Shown one piece after another: positions 41,780 through 51,874 of a DNA stretch of 64,000 nucleotides. A program made the position numbers and the translations under genes. Numbering within the stretch: position 1 is the stretch's first letter; each line of letters starts with the position of its first letter. This DNA is from an uncultured Ruficoccus sp. (GTDB lineage Bacteria > Verrucomicrobiota > Verrucomicrobiia > Opitutales > Cerasicoccaceae): assembly GCA_965140785.1 (NCBI GenBank), contig OZ223475.1, positions 160,001 to 224,000 on the forward strand, in the 5' to 3' direction. The notes beneath the pieces were generated by a model. That model worked only from the letters and a program-made list of their open reading frames with translations, did no database searches and was not told the origin of the DNA.

Positions 41780-43219
41780 ATGCTTCCGCAAACGACGCAT
41801 TACCTCTTCGAGATGATCCGCAGCGAGCTGACCTGGGCCATCGGCGAGGACAATGTCTCCATCGATGCCTCCGATAAGCTGGGGCACTCCATCGACTACT
41901 ACTGGGTGCCCGAACTCTGGCACGACCGTGGCGGTGTTCCGCGCTGCCCCGATGTTATCGTGACGCCAGAGACGACCGAGGCCGTGGCTGAGGTGATGAA
42001 GATCGCCAACAAGTACAAGATCCCGGTCACTCCCTGGGGCGGCGGCTCCGGCTCGCAGGGTGGGGCGCTGCCTGTTTACGGCGGCATCAGTCTGGACACG
42101 AAAAAGCTCAACCGCGTGATCGAGGTCGATGAGAAGTCGCTCACCATCACGGCGGAAACCGGCTGCAACATGCAGCAGCTGGAGTGGGCCACGGAAAAGG
42201 CGGGCTTCTCGACCATGCACTTCCCGGCCTCTATCGCCTGTGCCACGCTCGGGGGCTTTCTCGCGCACCGTGGCACCGGTGTACTCTCGGCCAAGTACGG
42301 CAAGATGGAGGACATGATCATGTCACTGGAAATGGTCACGCCGGAGGGTGAGATCATCAACACGCTGCCGGTCCCGCGTCACGCTTCCGGCCCGGACCTG
42401 ACGCAGCTCTTTCTCGGCAGCGAGGGCACACTCGGCATCATGACCAAGGCCACGCTGAAAATTCACCCGATCCCCGAGAGCCGGAAGTTTCACGCCTATC
42501 TCTTTAAGGACATGCACACGGCGATGGCTGCCGGGGCCGAGATCATGACCTCGCGCCTGCGCCCCTGTGTGATACGCCTCTACGACACGCCGGAGACCGC
42601 CAAGGTGATCAAGAAGGTGCTCGGCATTGACCGCGAGGGCTCGTACCTGGTCTTCGGATTCGACGGCCCGGAGGACATGGTCGATCTGGAAATGTCCAAG
42701 GCCTGCGCGATCTGCGAAAAACAGGACCCCGAGGACCTCGGTGTGGAGGCCGGGCAGAGCTGGTGGGACAACCGCTACAAGTTCTTCTACCCGCCGTACA
42801 TGTTCCAGATGCCGCAGGCCTTTGGGACGCTCGATACGGTGGCGACCTTCAGTAAGATCGAGGACGTATACTGGGCGATGAAAAACGCCGTCAACGATAA
42901 CTTCCCCGAGGCGACCTTTATCGGCCACTTCTCGCACTGGTACGAGTGGGGCGCGATGCTCTATGCGCGCTTCATCATCGAGGAGCCGCCTCAGGACCCG
43001 CACGTCGCCGCCGCCCTTTACAACAAAATCTGGGACACCGCCGTGCGCGCCGCCATCTCCAAGGGCGGGGTCATCAACGAGCACCACGGCGTCGGCCTGA
43101 AGCTGGGCCGCATGATGCCCGAGCTCTACGGCGAGGCCTTTGATGTGCTCAAGCGCATCAAGACTGCCATGGACCCACTCGGCATCATGAACCCCGGCAA
43201 GATGGGCTTCGGCGTGTAG
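41780..43219 (+). CDS. FAD-binding oxidoreductase (VAO/PCMH fold, alkyl-DHAP-synthase-like)
   Basis: PWGGGSG, GPDLTQLFLGSEGTLG, HFSHWY, NEHHGVG, MNPGK. Confidence 0.88.
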   Translation: MLPQTTHYLFEMIRSELTWAIGEDNVSIDASDKLGHSIDYYWVPELWHDRGGVPRCPDVIVTPETTEAVAEVMKIANKYKIPVTPWGGGSGSQGGALPVYGGISLDTKKLNRVIEVDEKSLTITAETGCNMQQLEWATEKAGFSTMHFPASIACATLGGFLAHRGTGVLSAKYGKMEDMIMSLEMVTPEGEIINTLPVPRHASGPDLTQLFLGSEGTLGIMTKATLKIHPIPESRKFHAYLFKDMHTAMAAGAEIMTSRLRPCVIRLYDTPETAKVIKKVLGIDREGSYLVFGFDGPEDMVDLEMSKACAICEKQDPEDLGVEAGQSWWDNRYKFFYPPYMFQMPQAFGTLDTVATFSKIEDVYWAMKNAVNDNFPEATFIGHFSHWYEWGAMLYARFIIEEPPQDPHVAAALYNKIWDTAVRAAISKGGVINEHHGVGLKLGRMMPELYGEAFDVLKRIKTAMDPLGIMNPGKMGFGV

Positions 43220-43266
43220 TGGCCGAAGCATGACAAACCAAAAAAACATTTGAGAGGATCACGACT

Positions 43267-44346
43267 ATGAACACCGACTCTTACCGCGACGTCATCAATG
43301 CCTGCCGCTTCTGCTTCATGTGCCGGCACTTGGCGACGACCGCCAACGTCACCTTTCGCGAGGCCGACATCCCGCGCGGCAACGCGCTCATCATCGACCG
43401 CCTCCGCATGAAGCCCGAGCAGTGGAGCGATCCGGACTTCATCAAGACCTTTTACGACAACACGCTCTCGGCCGCCTGCCGCAAGCACTGCGTGAGCCAC
43501 TTCGACGAGGCCGGGCTTGCCCTGGCTGCCCGCTGCGATGTGGTCGAACAGGGTTTCGCACCCACCGAGGTTCAGGCCGTGGCCGACGCGCTCAAGGCGA
43601 ACTTCGACCCGGATCTGAGCGGGGAGGGGAGCGAGGTCTTGTATTTGAAAACCACGACATACGCGGTGGGTGCTACCGCCGCTGCGGACGCCTTCACCGG
43701 GCTGATGGAGCTGGCGGGTGTGTCTTACGCGACGTTGTCTGTCAACGACACCGGAAAGGCACTGGCTGCGCTGGGCTACACCAAGGACGCCGCTGAACTG
43801 TCCGCGAAGGTCAAGGAGCAGATCGTAAAAAGCGGCTGCAAGAGCGTGGTCGTTTCCTGCCCGGCTGCCTTTGACGCGCTCAAGAACGATTTCGCCAAGT
43901 GGGGCGCGGCGCTCGACGGTATCGAAGTCCTGCACACCAGCGAGTACCTGCTGAAGCTGGTTGAGTCCGGCAAGCTCAAGCTGCCCGAGAACGGTTCCAC
44001 CGTGTACTTCATCGACAGCGATTTTCTGCGTAATTACAACGATATGACCGAGGAGCCGCGTGCGCTGCTCAAGGCTGCCGGTTGCGAACTGCGTCCGCTC
44101 GGCACGAACGTGGAAGAGTCGTTCGCGCTGGGTGAGGGCTCGGTCGTCTTTGACAAGATCCGTCCCGCCCTGGCCGCCCGCCTGCGTGGTCGCCTGATCC
44201 AGGCGATGGACAGTGCAGAGGACATCCTCGTCACCGCCAGCCCCTACACCTATGAACTGCTGGCCGCTTGTGCGGAGCCCAAACTCAACGTCCTCACGCT
44301 GGAGCAGGCTTGCCTGACCAGTGCCCAAACCCCTGCCGCCGTCTAG
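43267..44346 (+). CDS. (Fe-S)-binding protein, degenerate GlpC/CCG-like
   Basis: CRFCFMCRH, CRKHC, VVVSCP, VLHTSEYL. Confidence 0.75.
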   Translation: MNTDSYRDVINACRFCFMCRHLATTANVTFREADIPRGNALIIDRLRMKPEQWSDPDFIKTFYDNTLSAACRKHCVSHFDEAGLALAARCDVVEQGFAPTEVQAVADALKANFDPDLSGEGSEVLYLKTTTYAVGATAAADAFTGLMELAGVSYATLSVNDTGKALAALGYTKDAAELSAKVKEQIVKSGCKSVVVSCPAAFDALKNDFAKWGAALDGIEVLHTSEYLLKLVESGKLKLPENGSTVYFIDSDFLRNYNDMTEEPRALLKAAGCELRPLGTNVEESFALGEGSVVFDKIRPALAARLRGRLIQAMDSAEDILVTASPYTYELLAACAEPKLNVLTLEQACLTSAQTPAAV

Positions 44347-44348
44347 TC

Positions 44349-45182
44349 ATGCCATTGGTCACTTTTAACGAAGTCCTGCCGCAGGCGCGCGCCGAAAAGC
44401 GCGCCGTCTGCGCCTTTAATGTCGTCAATGCCGAGACCGCGCTGGCGGTCATCACCGCTGCCGAGCGCGAGCAGATGCCGGTCATCTTTCAGGTGTACCA
44501 TCGCTTGTTCAATACCGGCAAGGCGCCCTACATGGCAGCGTTGGTGCGGCATTTAGCGGAAAAGACCTCGCTGCCGGTGGCCCTGCACATGGACCACGGG
44601 CAGACGCACGAGCAGGTCCGCATGGCGATCGAGTACGGGTTTTCTTCGGTCATGTATGACGGATCGGCCAAGCCCTACGAACAGAACATTCGCGAGACGA
44701 AGGAGGCGGTCAAGCTCGCCCACGCGGCGGGCTTGAGCATCGAGGGCGAGCTCGGGCACATCCCCGGCGCGGATACCGAAACGCCGCCCCTGCCGAGCGC
44801 GGACGAGGTCAAGGCTTTCGTGGAGGAGACCGGTGTGGATGCGATGGCTGCGGCTGTCGGCACCGCGCATGGTTTTTATAAAACCACGCCCGTCATCCGC
44901 ACGGACCTGGCGCGGGAGTTCGCGGCAGCCGTGAGCATCCCGCTTGTGCTGCATGGCGGCTCGGACACGCCGGAGGATAAGGTCAAGGAAGTGATCGCCG
45001 CCGGCTTCTCCAAGATGAACATCGCCACTGAGTTCATGGCCGAATACCTGAAAGCACTCGAAGTCCAGGTGGACGCCATGCGCGGGAAGTTCACCGCCAT
45101 CGACCTTTTTATGGACCCTGTGACCGAGCATGCCTCCAAGCTCGTTCAGCAGAAAATCCGCCTGGCCTGCGGGCGGGCTTAG
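44349..45182 (+). CDS. Class II fructose/tagatose-bisphosphate aldolase family
   Basis: LHMDHG, SVMYDGS, EGELG, GTAHG, LVLHGGS, KMNIAT. Confidence 0.93.
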   Translation: MPLVTFNEVLPQARAEKRAVCAFNVVNAETALAVITAAEREQMPVIFQVYHRLFNTGKAPYMAALVRHLAEKTSLPVALHMDHGQTHEQVRMAIEYGFSSVMYDGSAKPYEQNIRETKEAVKLAHAAGLSIEGELGHIPGADTETPPLPSADEVKAFVEETGVDAMAAAVGTAHGFYKTTPVIRTDLAREFAAAVSIPLVLHGGSDTPEDKVKEVIAAGFSKMNIATEFMAEYLKALEVQVDAMRGKFTAIDLFMDPVTEHASKLVQQKIRLACGRA

Positions 45183-45209
45183 CTACCGACTTGTTACCTG
45201 TTAATTCTT

Positions 45210-46577
45210 ATGAGCGATTCTAAACTTACCGTTGGGTACGTCCCCTGCGCCAAAGGAAGCTGGGTGGACAGCCATCTCGAAGTGATTCGGGCTGAGGGCC
45301 GCGAGGCCCTTAGCCAATCCTCGCCGGACGCGCGTGTCGTGGGTGGTGAGACCATCATCACGACTGAGGCCGAGGCCCAGGCGTTGATCGAGAAGCTTGA
45401 AGCCGAGCGCGTGGACGTGCTGGTGGTTCACTTCATCACCTTCGCCCTCGGGGCGGTCGTGCCTATGCTGGTCGAGCGTCTAAAGGTGCCGGTGTTGCTG
45501 TGGTCGATGCCGGAGCCCCCGATGCAGGGCGGGCGCATCAGCTCGAACTCCTTCTGCGCGGTCAACATGAACGCGCACGCGATGTGGGTGCTCGGCTACG
45601 AGTACCTGCACGTGCACGCGCCGCTGGAGGACGCCGCCGTGGCGCTGGGAAAGAAGCTCAAGGTCTTTAAGTGCCTCAAGGCGCTTTCGCGCTTCAAGCT
45701 CGGTGTTGTCGGTAACCGTGTGCCCGGCTTCTACGCCTCGAACGCAGACGAACTGCTACTGCGTCGCGAGCTGAGCGTGGAGATCGAGTTGATCACGCTT
45801 TGGGAATTGATCGAAAGCACCCGCAAGATTTCCGAACAAAAACAGGCTGAGGGCTTGAAGATGCTGACAGGTTCGGGCACGCCGTCCGAGGGCGTGAATG
45901 AGTCCGAGTTAAGTAAAGGGGCCGCTCTCTACGAGGCTTTCCTCGCCTTGAAGGACAAGTACCAGCTCAGCAGCTTCGCCGTGCGTTGCTGGCCGGAATT
46001 CGGGGACATGCTCGGCATCGCCGTGTGCGCGATTTCCAGCCTGCTAAACGACAAGGGCATCCTCACCGGCTGCGAGGGCGACATCTACGGCACCGTCACG
46101 ATGATGATGGAGCACGAGCTGACCGGCGAGCTGCCGTTCTTCTGTGACTTGATCTCCATCGACTCGGATGAAAACGTCGGCATGACCTGGCACTGCGGCG
46201 CTGCCCCAACCTCCCTGTGCTGTTCGTCAGCCAAGCCCGAGCTGCGTAAACACTCGATCATGGACGGCGGCGGCAAGAAGGGCCTGACGATGGAGTTCCC
46301 CATAAAAACCGGCAAGGTCACCATGGCCCGCCTGAGCGAAAACCGCAACGGCGACGGCTACCGCATGCTCATCACCACCGGTACCGCCGTGCCCACCGAG
46401 CAGGTCCTGCGCGGCAACCCGATGAAGATCAAGTTCGACGCCGACCTGTCGAAAATCTCCGAGACCCTCGTTTACGGGGGCTTCGAACACCACTTCTCCG
46501 TCATCCACGGCGACATCGTGGAGGAACTCAAAGACCTCTGCCGCCTGCGAAAAATCGAGCCCGTTATTATTTCATAA
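45210..46577 (+). CDS. L-fucose/L-arabinose isomerase family protein
   Basis: NSFC, RCWPEF, CEGD, WHCG, GFEHH. Confidence 0.88.
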   Translation: MSDSKLTVGYVPCAKGSWVDSHLEVIRAEGREALSQSSPDARVVGGETIITTEAEAQALIEKLEAERVDVLVVHFITFALGAVVPMLVERLKVPVLLWSMPEPPMQGGRISSNSFCAVNMNAHAMWVLGYEYLHVHAPLEDAAVALGKKLKVFKCLKALSRFKLGVVGNRVPGFYASNADELLLRRELSVEIELITLWELIESTRKISEQKQAEGLKMLTGSGTPSEGVNESELSKGAALYEAFLALKDKYQLSSFAVRCWPEFGDMLGIAVCAISSLLNDKGILTGCEGDIYGTVTMMMEHELTGELPFFCDLISIDSDENVGMTWHCGAAPTSLCCSSAKPELRKHSIMDGGGKKGLTMEFPIKTGKVTMARLSENRNGDGYRMLITTGTAVPTEQVLRGNPMKIKFDADLSKISETLVYGGFEHHFSVIHGDIVEELKDLCRLRKIEPVIIS

Positions 46578-46614
46578 CTGGCAACACTCAGCAAATATTT
46601 AACCGGTAATCCTT

Positions 46615-47952
46615 ATGGCTAAAATCGCATTAATCGGCGCCGGAGGCGTCATTTTTACACAAAATTTTATCAAAGATATTCTACGGGACGATGTGCTTCG
46701 AAAGAACCATATCGCCCTGATGGATATCGACCAGCAACGGCTCGACAACGCCGTGGCATTTACACGTAAAATCGGTGAGCAGTTGGATGTTACGCCCAAT
46801 TATTCGGCTACAACCGATCTAAGAGAAGCCCTTGAGGGGGCCGACTATGTTATTACGATCTTCAGGGTGGGAACGCTTGATCACCAGCGTGTCGAGCAGG
46901 AGATCCCCCGTAAATACGGAGTGGATCAAGTGGTCGGAGACAGCATGGGCCCAGGCGGTATGTTCCGCGGGCTACGCACGCTCAAGGCACTGTTCGAAGT
47001 GTTGGATGCGATGGAGGAAGTATGCCCCGGCGCTTATCTGTTGAACTACGTCAACCCGATGTCCCTGAACACCATTGCCCTCAACAAACGGGCTCGCACT
47101 GTCAAAGTCTACGGGTTGTGTCATAGTGTGCAGCATACCTCAAAGCAGCTGTCCAAATACATCGACGCTGATCGATCAAAGGTAAGCTTTCTTGTCGCTG
47201 GTGTGAACCATCAGGCATTTTTTCTGAAATTCGAAGTTGATGGTAACGACGCCTACCCGCAACTGCGCCAAGCAATGTGCGACTCTTCGATTTATGATCA
47301 GGACCGGGTGCGTTTCGAGCTGATGAAGCATTTCGGTTATTTCCCGACCGAATCGAGTGGCCACGGCAGTGAATATGTTCCCTATTTCCGGAAGCGTAAG
47401 GATTTGCGGGAGCGTTTCTTTAGTCTGCCGGAGGGCGAGGAAAGGACGTACAACATGGAACTGGGGACTTCAGGTGCGTCTCTGCTGATGTGCGCTGATT
47501 TGCAGGAAAAGAATGAGAGGCGGATAGCCGCGATCATTGACGGAAGCGAGCAGATCGATATGTCGCCGAGCGACGAGTATGGGGTGCAACTCATTGCGGC
47601 CCTGGAGAAGAATGAACTGATGTCGGCCAATCTAAACGTAATGAACAATGGCCTGATTCCGTCGCTGCCGCCAGAATGTTGCGTGGAGGTTCCCTGCATG
47701 GTATCTGCCAGTGGGATCATTCCGTGCCAGATCTCCGATTATCCCGAGCAACTGGCCGGGCTTAATCGCAGCATGATCAATTTTCAAATGATGGGGGCGG
47801 AGGCCGCCCTGGAGTGTTCTAAACGAAAAGTTTTCCAGGCGATCGCGCTTGATCCGCTGACGGCGGCTGTTTGTTCGCTGGACGAGATTCAGGCTATGAC
47901 CGACGAACTCTTTGAAGCTTTGGCTACAGAGATATCCCCAAGTTTTGGCTGA
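46615..47952 (+). CDS. GH4 alpha-galactosidase (MelA-like)
   Basis: LIGAGG, GDSMGPGG, LNYVNPM, CHSV motif, TESSGHGSEY, DPLTAAV. Confidence 0.9.
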   Translation: MAKIALIGAGGVIFTQNFIKDILRDDVLRKNHIALMDIDQQRLDNAVAFTRKIGEQLDVTPNYSATTDLREALEGADYVITIFRVGTLDHQRVEQEIPRKYGVDQVVGDSMGPGGMFRGLRTLKALFEVLDAMEEVCPGAYLLNYVNPMSLNTIALNKRARTVKVYGLCHSVQHTSKQLSKYIDADRSKVSFLVAGVNHQAFFLKFEVDGNDAYPQLRQAMCDSSIYDQDRVRFELMKHFGYFPTESSGHGSEYVPYFRKRKDLRERFFSLPEGEERTYNMELGTSGASLLMCADLQEKNERRIAAIIDGSEQIDMSPSDEYGVQLIAALEKNELMSANLNVMNNGLIPSLPPECCVEVPCMVSASGIIPCQISDYPEQLAGLNRSMINFQMMGAEAALECSKRKVFQAIALDPLTAAVCSLDEIQAMTDELFEALATEISPSFG

Positions 47953-47967
47953 CTTCTGATTAAAACC

Positions 47968-48330
47968 TTGCCGAACCTACTCGTTCTCCACAGCCACGAC
48001 TTGGGCCAAGTGCAGCCTCTACGACCCTGGCATCGAGGTGTCGCTCATCTTCAAGGGACTGGGCATCGCCACCGGACAGGACTTGCCCGGCCTGATCAGT
48101 GATGTGGACGTGTTCCCGACGGTCTGCGGCCTGCTCGGTGTTCCTGTGCCGCAGGGCCTGGAGGGCCGTTTCTTTGCCCGCTATCTGACCATGGGCGAAG
48201 CGAGGCCACGGGAGGAGGTATTCGCCGAGAAAGGCTACCTCCCTATTAGCTGTGCGGGTAGCCCGAACTGGCCGACCTGCGCGAACGACTGGTCAGGTGA
48301 ATGCCCGAGAGCGACGACTCACTGGCCACC
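47968..48330 (+). pseudogene. Internally deleted sulfatase remnant
   Basis: PNLLVLHSHDLG fused to AKCSLYDPGIEVSLI...DVFPTV...EEVFAE, then LRERLVR*M..DD; no CxPxR motif. Confidence 0.75.
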
Positions 48331-48874
48331 ACCCCGTCCAGAGCACCTACTACAAGAACCTCCAGCAGGAACTGCTCGCTGGAGAACCGGCGTAGGTGAC
48401 TTAAAACTGCTTGGCACAGCCTATGCCTATGCCTAGACCTAGATGTGTTGTTTCACTGGGGCACAGGGTAATGAATTCTGTGCCTATATCGGAGCGAGAT
48501 TTAGATCAATGGCTACCTCGAACACGATCAAGGACTAAAATATCTTTATCGCAACCAATAGGGCACTTTGATTAACCTCCTATGAGGGATGAGGAGTGAT
48601 CCTAATGAAAAGTAGAAACACCTTTTTCCGAAGTGACCCTAAGAAAAAAGCAGTTTGTGGATATGCAGATTTTTCCATAGTCTTCAGGGTAATCACATGC
48701 AAATAGACAAGCTTTCATAGACACCCAATTACTCGAATTACCTTTGGTGTTGTCGTAAAGGCCTTAGCTTTGTTTAGAGCTGTCTTATTGTGCCCTATTA
48801 AAAAGTTGTAATATGAATCTATCTCGATTGATAAAATCAATCTTTGATTGAATTTCTTAAGAAAAATGCAACAG

Positions 48875-48893
48875 ATAATAACGTGTTATTATT
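48875..48893. promoter_or_regulatory. Putative operator ATAATAACGTGTTATTATT
   Basis: 8-bp arms around GT; matches 28172-28188; upstream of ATG 48940. Confidence 0.6.
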
Positions 48894-48939
48894 TGTCGTG
48901 GTTGCAACGCATGATATGCCATCTGACAATAGCGTCATC

Positions 48940-50844
48940 ATGAGTTTCATGTTTAATCCTCACCCGTATGACGATCCTAACGCAATTAACCGTATTTCGC
49001 TTCCGGTTGATATTGAATCGTCGATCATTCACGGAACGTCCAGTGTTGTTGGTGCGCTCGCGAAACAATTCGCCGAGACGGCAACCAGAAATAAGAAGGC
49101 GGGAGAGGGCCCGTTTGTCGTCGCCTTCGACGGTTATTTCGGTGCGGAATTCTCCGATGTTTTGAATCCGGTCTTTCAGCAACTGACTCTCAAGGGGTTG
49201 AACGTCTCCGTCATTGATGCGGTCCGGGCGCTTTACAAATCCCCGGAGGAGCTTGAGGCTCAGTTCTCAGAGAACCTGCCCAATGATCGGGTGAAAGACC
49301 CGGTACTGCTCTTTGGTAAGCTGTTTACGGGTACCTTTGAGGACCTGCTTTGTGACAGTGCAGTTGAACGGTTGCATAGGGATCTTTCGGATTTGCGCTC
49401 AGACGAGGCTTCGGATGCTCCTGATCTGGTTTTTGTTTTCGGCTGTGGCTGTAGCATTGCTTCTCTCCGCAGTTGCTATGATACCGTCGTCTATTTCGAC
49501 GTGACGCCCAAGCGGGCCATTCTCCGAGCTAAAGCCGGACTGGTCGCTAACTTTGGCGATGTCCATCCGCGTCCTTTCAAGGAATTGGTTCGGCGGTTTT
49601 ATTACGTAGATTTCGAGGTTTCGGGTAAGCTTCGTCGCGAATTACTGTGCGCCGATGCGTCCGAATCACCGGAGCTTTTTTATGTCACCCGTATGGGGCC
49701 GGTCGATTCGATCGGCGAATGTACATTGCTGCCGCGTATTGCCTTCACTGAAGTCTGTAAATCGCTTGCCGGGCAACCATTCCGTTGTCGCCCCGTCTAT
49801 GTCGAAGGCGTTTGGGGCGGGTCGTTTGTTTCCCGGGTGCGCAAGCTCCCGCCAGTCTTTACTAAGCTTGCGTGGGTCTTCGACCTTATTCCACTTGAGG
49901 TCAGCATTGTGGCGGAAACGCCTGTCGGACTTCAGGTCGAAATGCCGTATTTCACGTTTGTGCAAAAGGAGGGTCTCGCTCTGATGGGTGAGAAAACGCT
50001 TCGGCGTTTCGGTGGATATTTTCCCATTCGCTTCAACTATGACGATACTTGGCACAGCAGCGGCAACATGTCGATACAGGTGCACCCGACACAGGATTAC
50101 ATTGTCTCGCAGAACGGGGAGTATGGCCAGCAGAACGAGAGCTATTACGCCGTTGCTACCGGCCATGGCGCGAAGACGTATTTGGGATTCAACGAGGGAG
50201 TGACGAAAGAGTCGTTTTTTAAGGAGGCACGACGTTCCGAAAAAGACAAAACGCCGATCAACTACGAAGCTTACATCCATGGAGTGCCGTCGCAGCCCGG
50301 AACGCAGTTTATACTGCCCGGCGGTACGATTCATGCCTCCGGCCAGAACCAAGTAGTACTGGAGATCGGAAGCCTCACGGTTGGCTCCTACACTTACAAG
50401 CTCTATGACTATTTGCGGTCTGACTTGGACGGCAATCCACGCCCCATCCATATGCACCATGCCGAGAATGTGCTGGATGGAAGTTGTGTGGCCCCGGAAT
50501 CTGTCCGCAAACTGGTACCTGAGCCGAAGCGCCTACGCGGCGACGAGACTGGGGGTTGGAGTGAGTGGCTGGTCGGTGAGCACCCGGATGTGTATTTCAG
50601 TCTGAGGCGATTGGCCATCGCCCCCGGGAGTGTGGCAGAAGATGATACCGATGGGATCTTTCACGTGCTTGTGCTTGTCGATGGAGAGGAAATTCTCATC
50701 GAGTCAAAGGCCGACCCGGCGAAGTATTTCAAAGCACAGTTTCTGGACATGGTGGTAGTGCCAGCTAATATTGGTCCTTATACAGTTCGCAACCTCGGAA
50801 AACAACCAGTTGTTGTGCACAAGACACGACTCAAGGACGCCTGA
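48940..50844 (+). CDS. Class I mannose-6-phosphate isomerase-like cupin with N-terminal extension
   Basis: GVWGG, MSIQVHP, QNESYY, GGTIHA, VLEI, KLYDY; start inferred at MSFMFNP. Confidence 0.8.
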   Translation: MSFMFNPHPYDDPNAINRISLPVDIESSIIHGTSSVVGALAKQFAETATRNKKAGEGPFVVAFDGYFGAEFSDVLNPVFQQLTLKGLNVSVIDAVRALYKSPEELEAQFSENLPNDRVKDPVLLFGKLFTGTFEDLLCDSAVERLHRDLSDLRSDEASDAPDLVFVFGCGCSIASLRSCYDTVVYFDVTPKRAILRAKAGLVANFGDVHPRPFKELVRRFYYVDFEVSGKLRRELLCADASESPELFYVTRMGPVDSIGECTLLPRIAFTEVCKSLAGQPFRCRPVYVEGVWGGSFVSRVRKLPPVFTKLAWVFDLIPLEVSIVAETPVGLQVEMPYFTFVQKEGLALMGEKTLRRFGGYFPIRFNYDDTWHSSGNMSIQVHPTQDYIVSQNGEYGQQNESYYAVATGHGAKTYLGFNEGVTKESFFKEARRSEKDKTPINYEAYIHGVPSQPGTQFILPGGTIHASGQNQVVLEIGSLTVGSYTYKLYDYLRSDLDGNPRPIHMHHAENVLDGSCVAPESVRKLVPEPKRLRGDETGGWSEWLVGEHPDVYFSLRRLAIAPGSVAEDDTDGIFHVLVLVDGEEILIESKADPAKYFKAQFLDMVVVPANIGPYTVRNLGKQPVVVHKTRLKDA

Positions 50845-50847
50845 CCC

Positions 50848-51765
50848 ATGCCAACCCATATCCAATGTGCGGCGCTCGCTATTGACGCCGGCGGTACATA
50901 TTTCAAGTCGGCGCTCGTTTCCTCGACCGGTGCTCTTGTCGAGGCTCCCGCTTTTACGGAAGTGGATTCGGACGGTTCGGCGGAAGCGCTTTTGTCGGCG
51001 TATGGTATGATTATTGAGCGGGCGCGAACAAGCTTGCGGCAGCAGGGCATCCGGTGGGCGGGGATAGGCGTGTCTACGCCTGGACCCTTTGACTATGCCC
51101 GGTGCACCAGCCTGATGACACACAAGTTTTCGCAACTTCGCGGACTCGACTTGAGACAAGCCCTTCGCGATCGGTTTGCGTTCTTGCGAGAGGTCCCCGT
51201 TCGATTCATCCACGACGGTCACGCTTTCATCCTAGGTGAGTATTGGCGAGGGGCTGCACAGGGATACAACCGTGTGGCTGGAGTTACCCTTGGTACCGGC
51301 ATCGGGTTTGGCGCAGTCGTTAACGGGCATATTCAAGATGACGGTATGGGTGGCCCTTGGGTTAGTCTCTATCAGCGGCCCTGTCGGGATGGAATACTTG
51401 AAGATGTGGCTTCCGCGCGTGGCATCCTGCGCTTGTACCGCGAAAAAAAAAGTGCTCAGTGCCAAGACAAGGAGGAACGGTTGGATGTGGCTGAAATTGC
51501 TCGTCGTGCTTTAGCGGCTAAAGCTGATCAGGATGCGGTGTCAGTGTTTTACGAAGTGGGTAGCGTGCTGGGCGAGCACCTGAGCGAAGTTGCCGCTTCG
51601 CTGAACATCGAGAGTTTTATATTTGGCGGACAGATTGCGAAGTCTTTTTCCCTGCTGAGGCCGGGATTGACGGCTGGCCTACAGGGGGAGGTCGAATTAT
51701 GTCCCGCTAAGCTTATTGATGAGGCGGCCTTAGCTGGTGCGACATATTCTCTTCTGCGGCCCTGA
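50848..51765 (+). CDS. ROK-family sugar kinase
   Basis: IDAGGT, GVSTPGPFD, LGE, TLGTGIG, FGGQI. Confidence 0.9.
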   Translation: MPTHIQCAALAIDAGGTYFKSALVSSTGALVEAPAFTEVDSDGSAEALLSAYGMIIERARTSLRQQGIRWAGIGVSTPGPFDYARCTSLMTHKFSQLRGLDLRQALRDRFAFLREVPVRFIHDGHAFILGEYWRGAAQGYNRVAGVTLGTGIGFGAVVNGHIQDDGMGGPWVSLYQRPCRDGILEDVASARGILRLYREKKSAQCQDKEERLDVAEIARRALAAKADQDAVSVFYEVGSVLGEHLSEVAASLNIESFIFGGQIAKSFSLLRPGLTAGLQGEVELCPAKLIDEAALAGATYSLLRP

Positions 51766-51874
51766 GCTTACCGTGGGGATGAATTCATGTCATCACCGGC
51801 ATATTGAAAAACACTGTTGGTGTGAATCCGTATTGTAAGGATTACGTATCGGCTGAAATGAACCTAATTATATT

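Noticed and set aside
16160..44328. Long antisense ORFs such as 16160-17287, 39824-40687, 42323-43249 and 43126-44328
   Set aside because: Expected shadows of GC3-rich genes on the opposite strand
38489..45182. Canonical inositol or sulfo-EMP pathway
   Set aside because: No iolD/iolE, and no YihQ/YihS/YihT-like genes recognised
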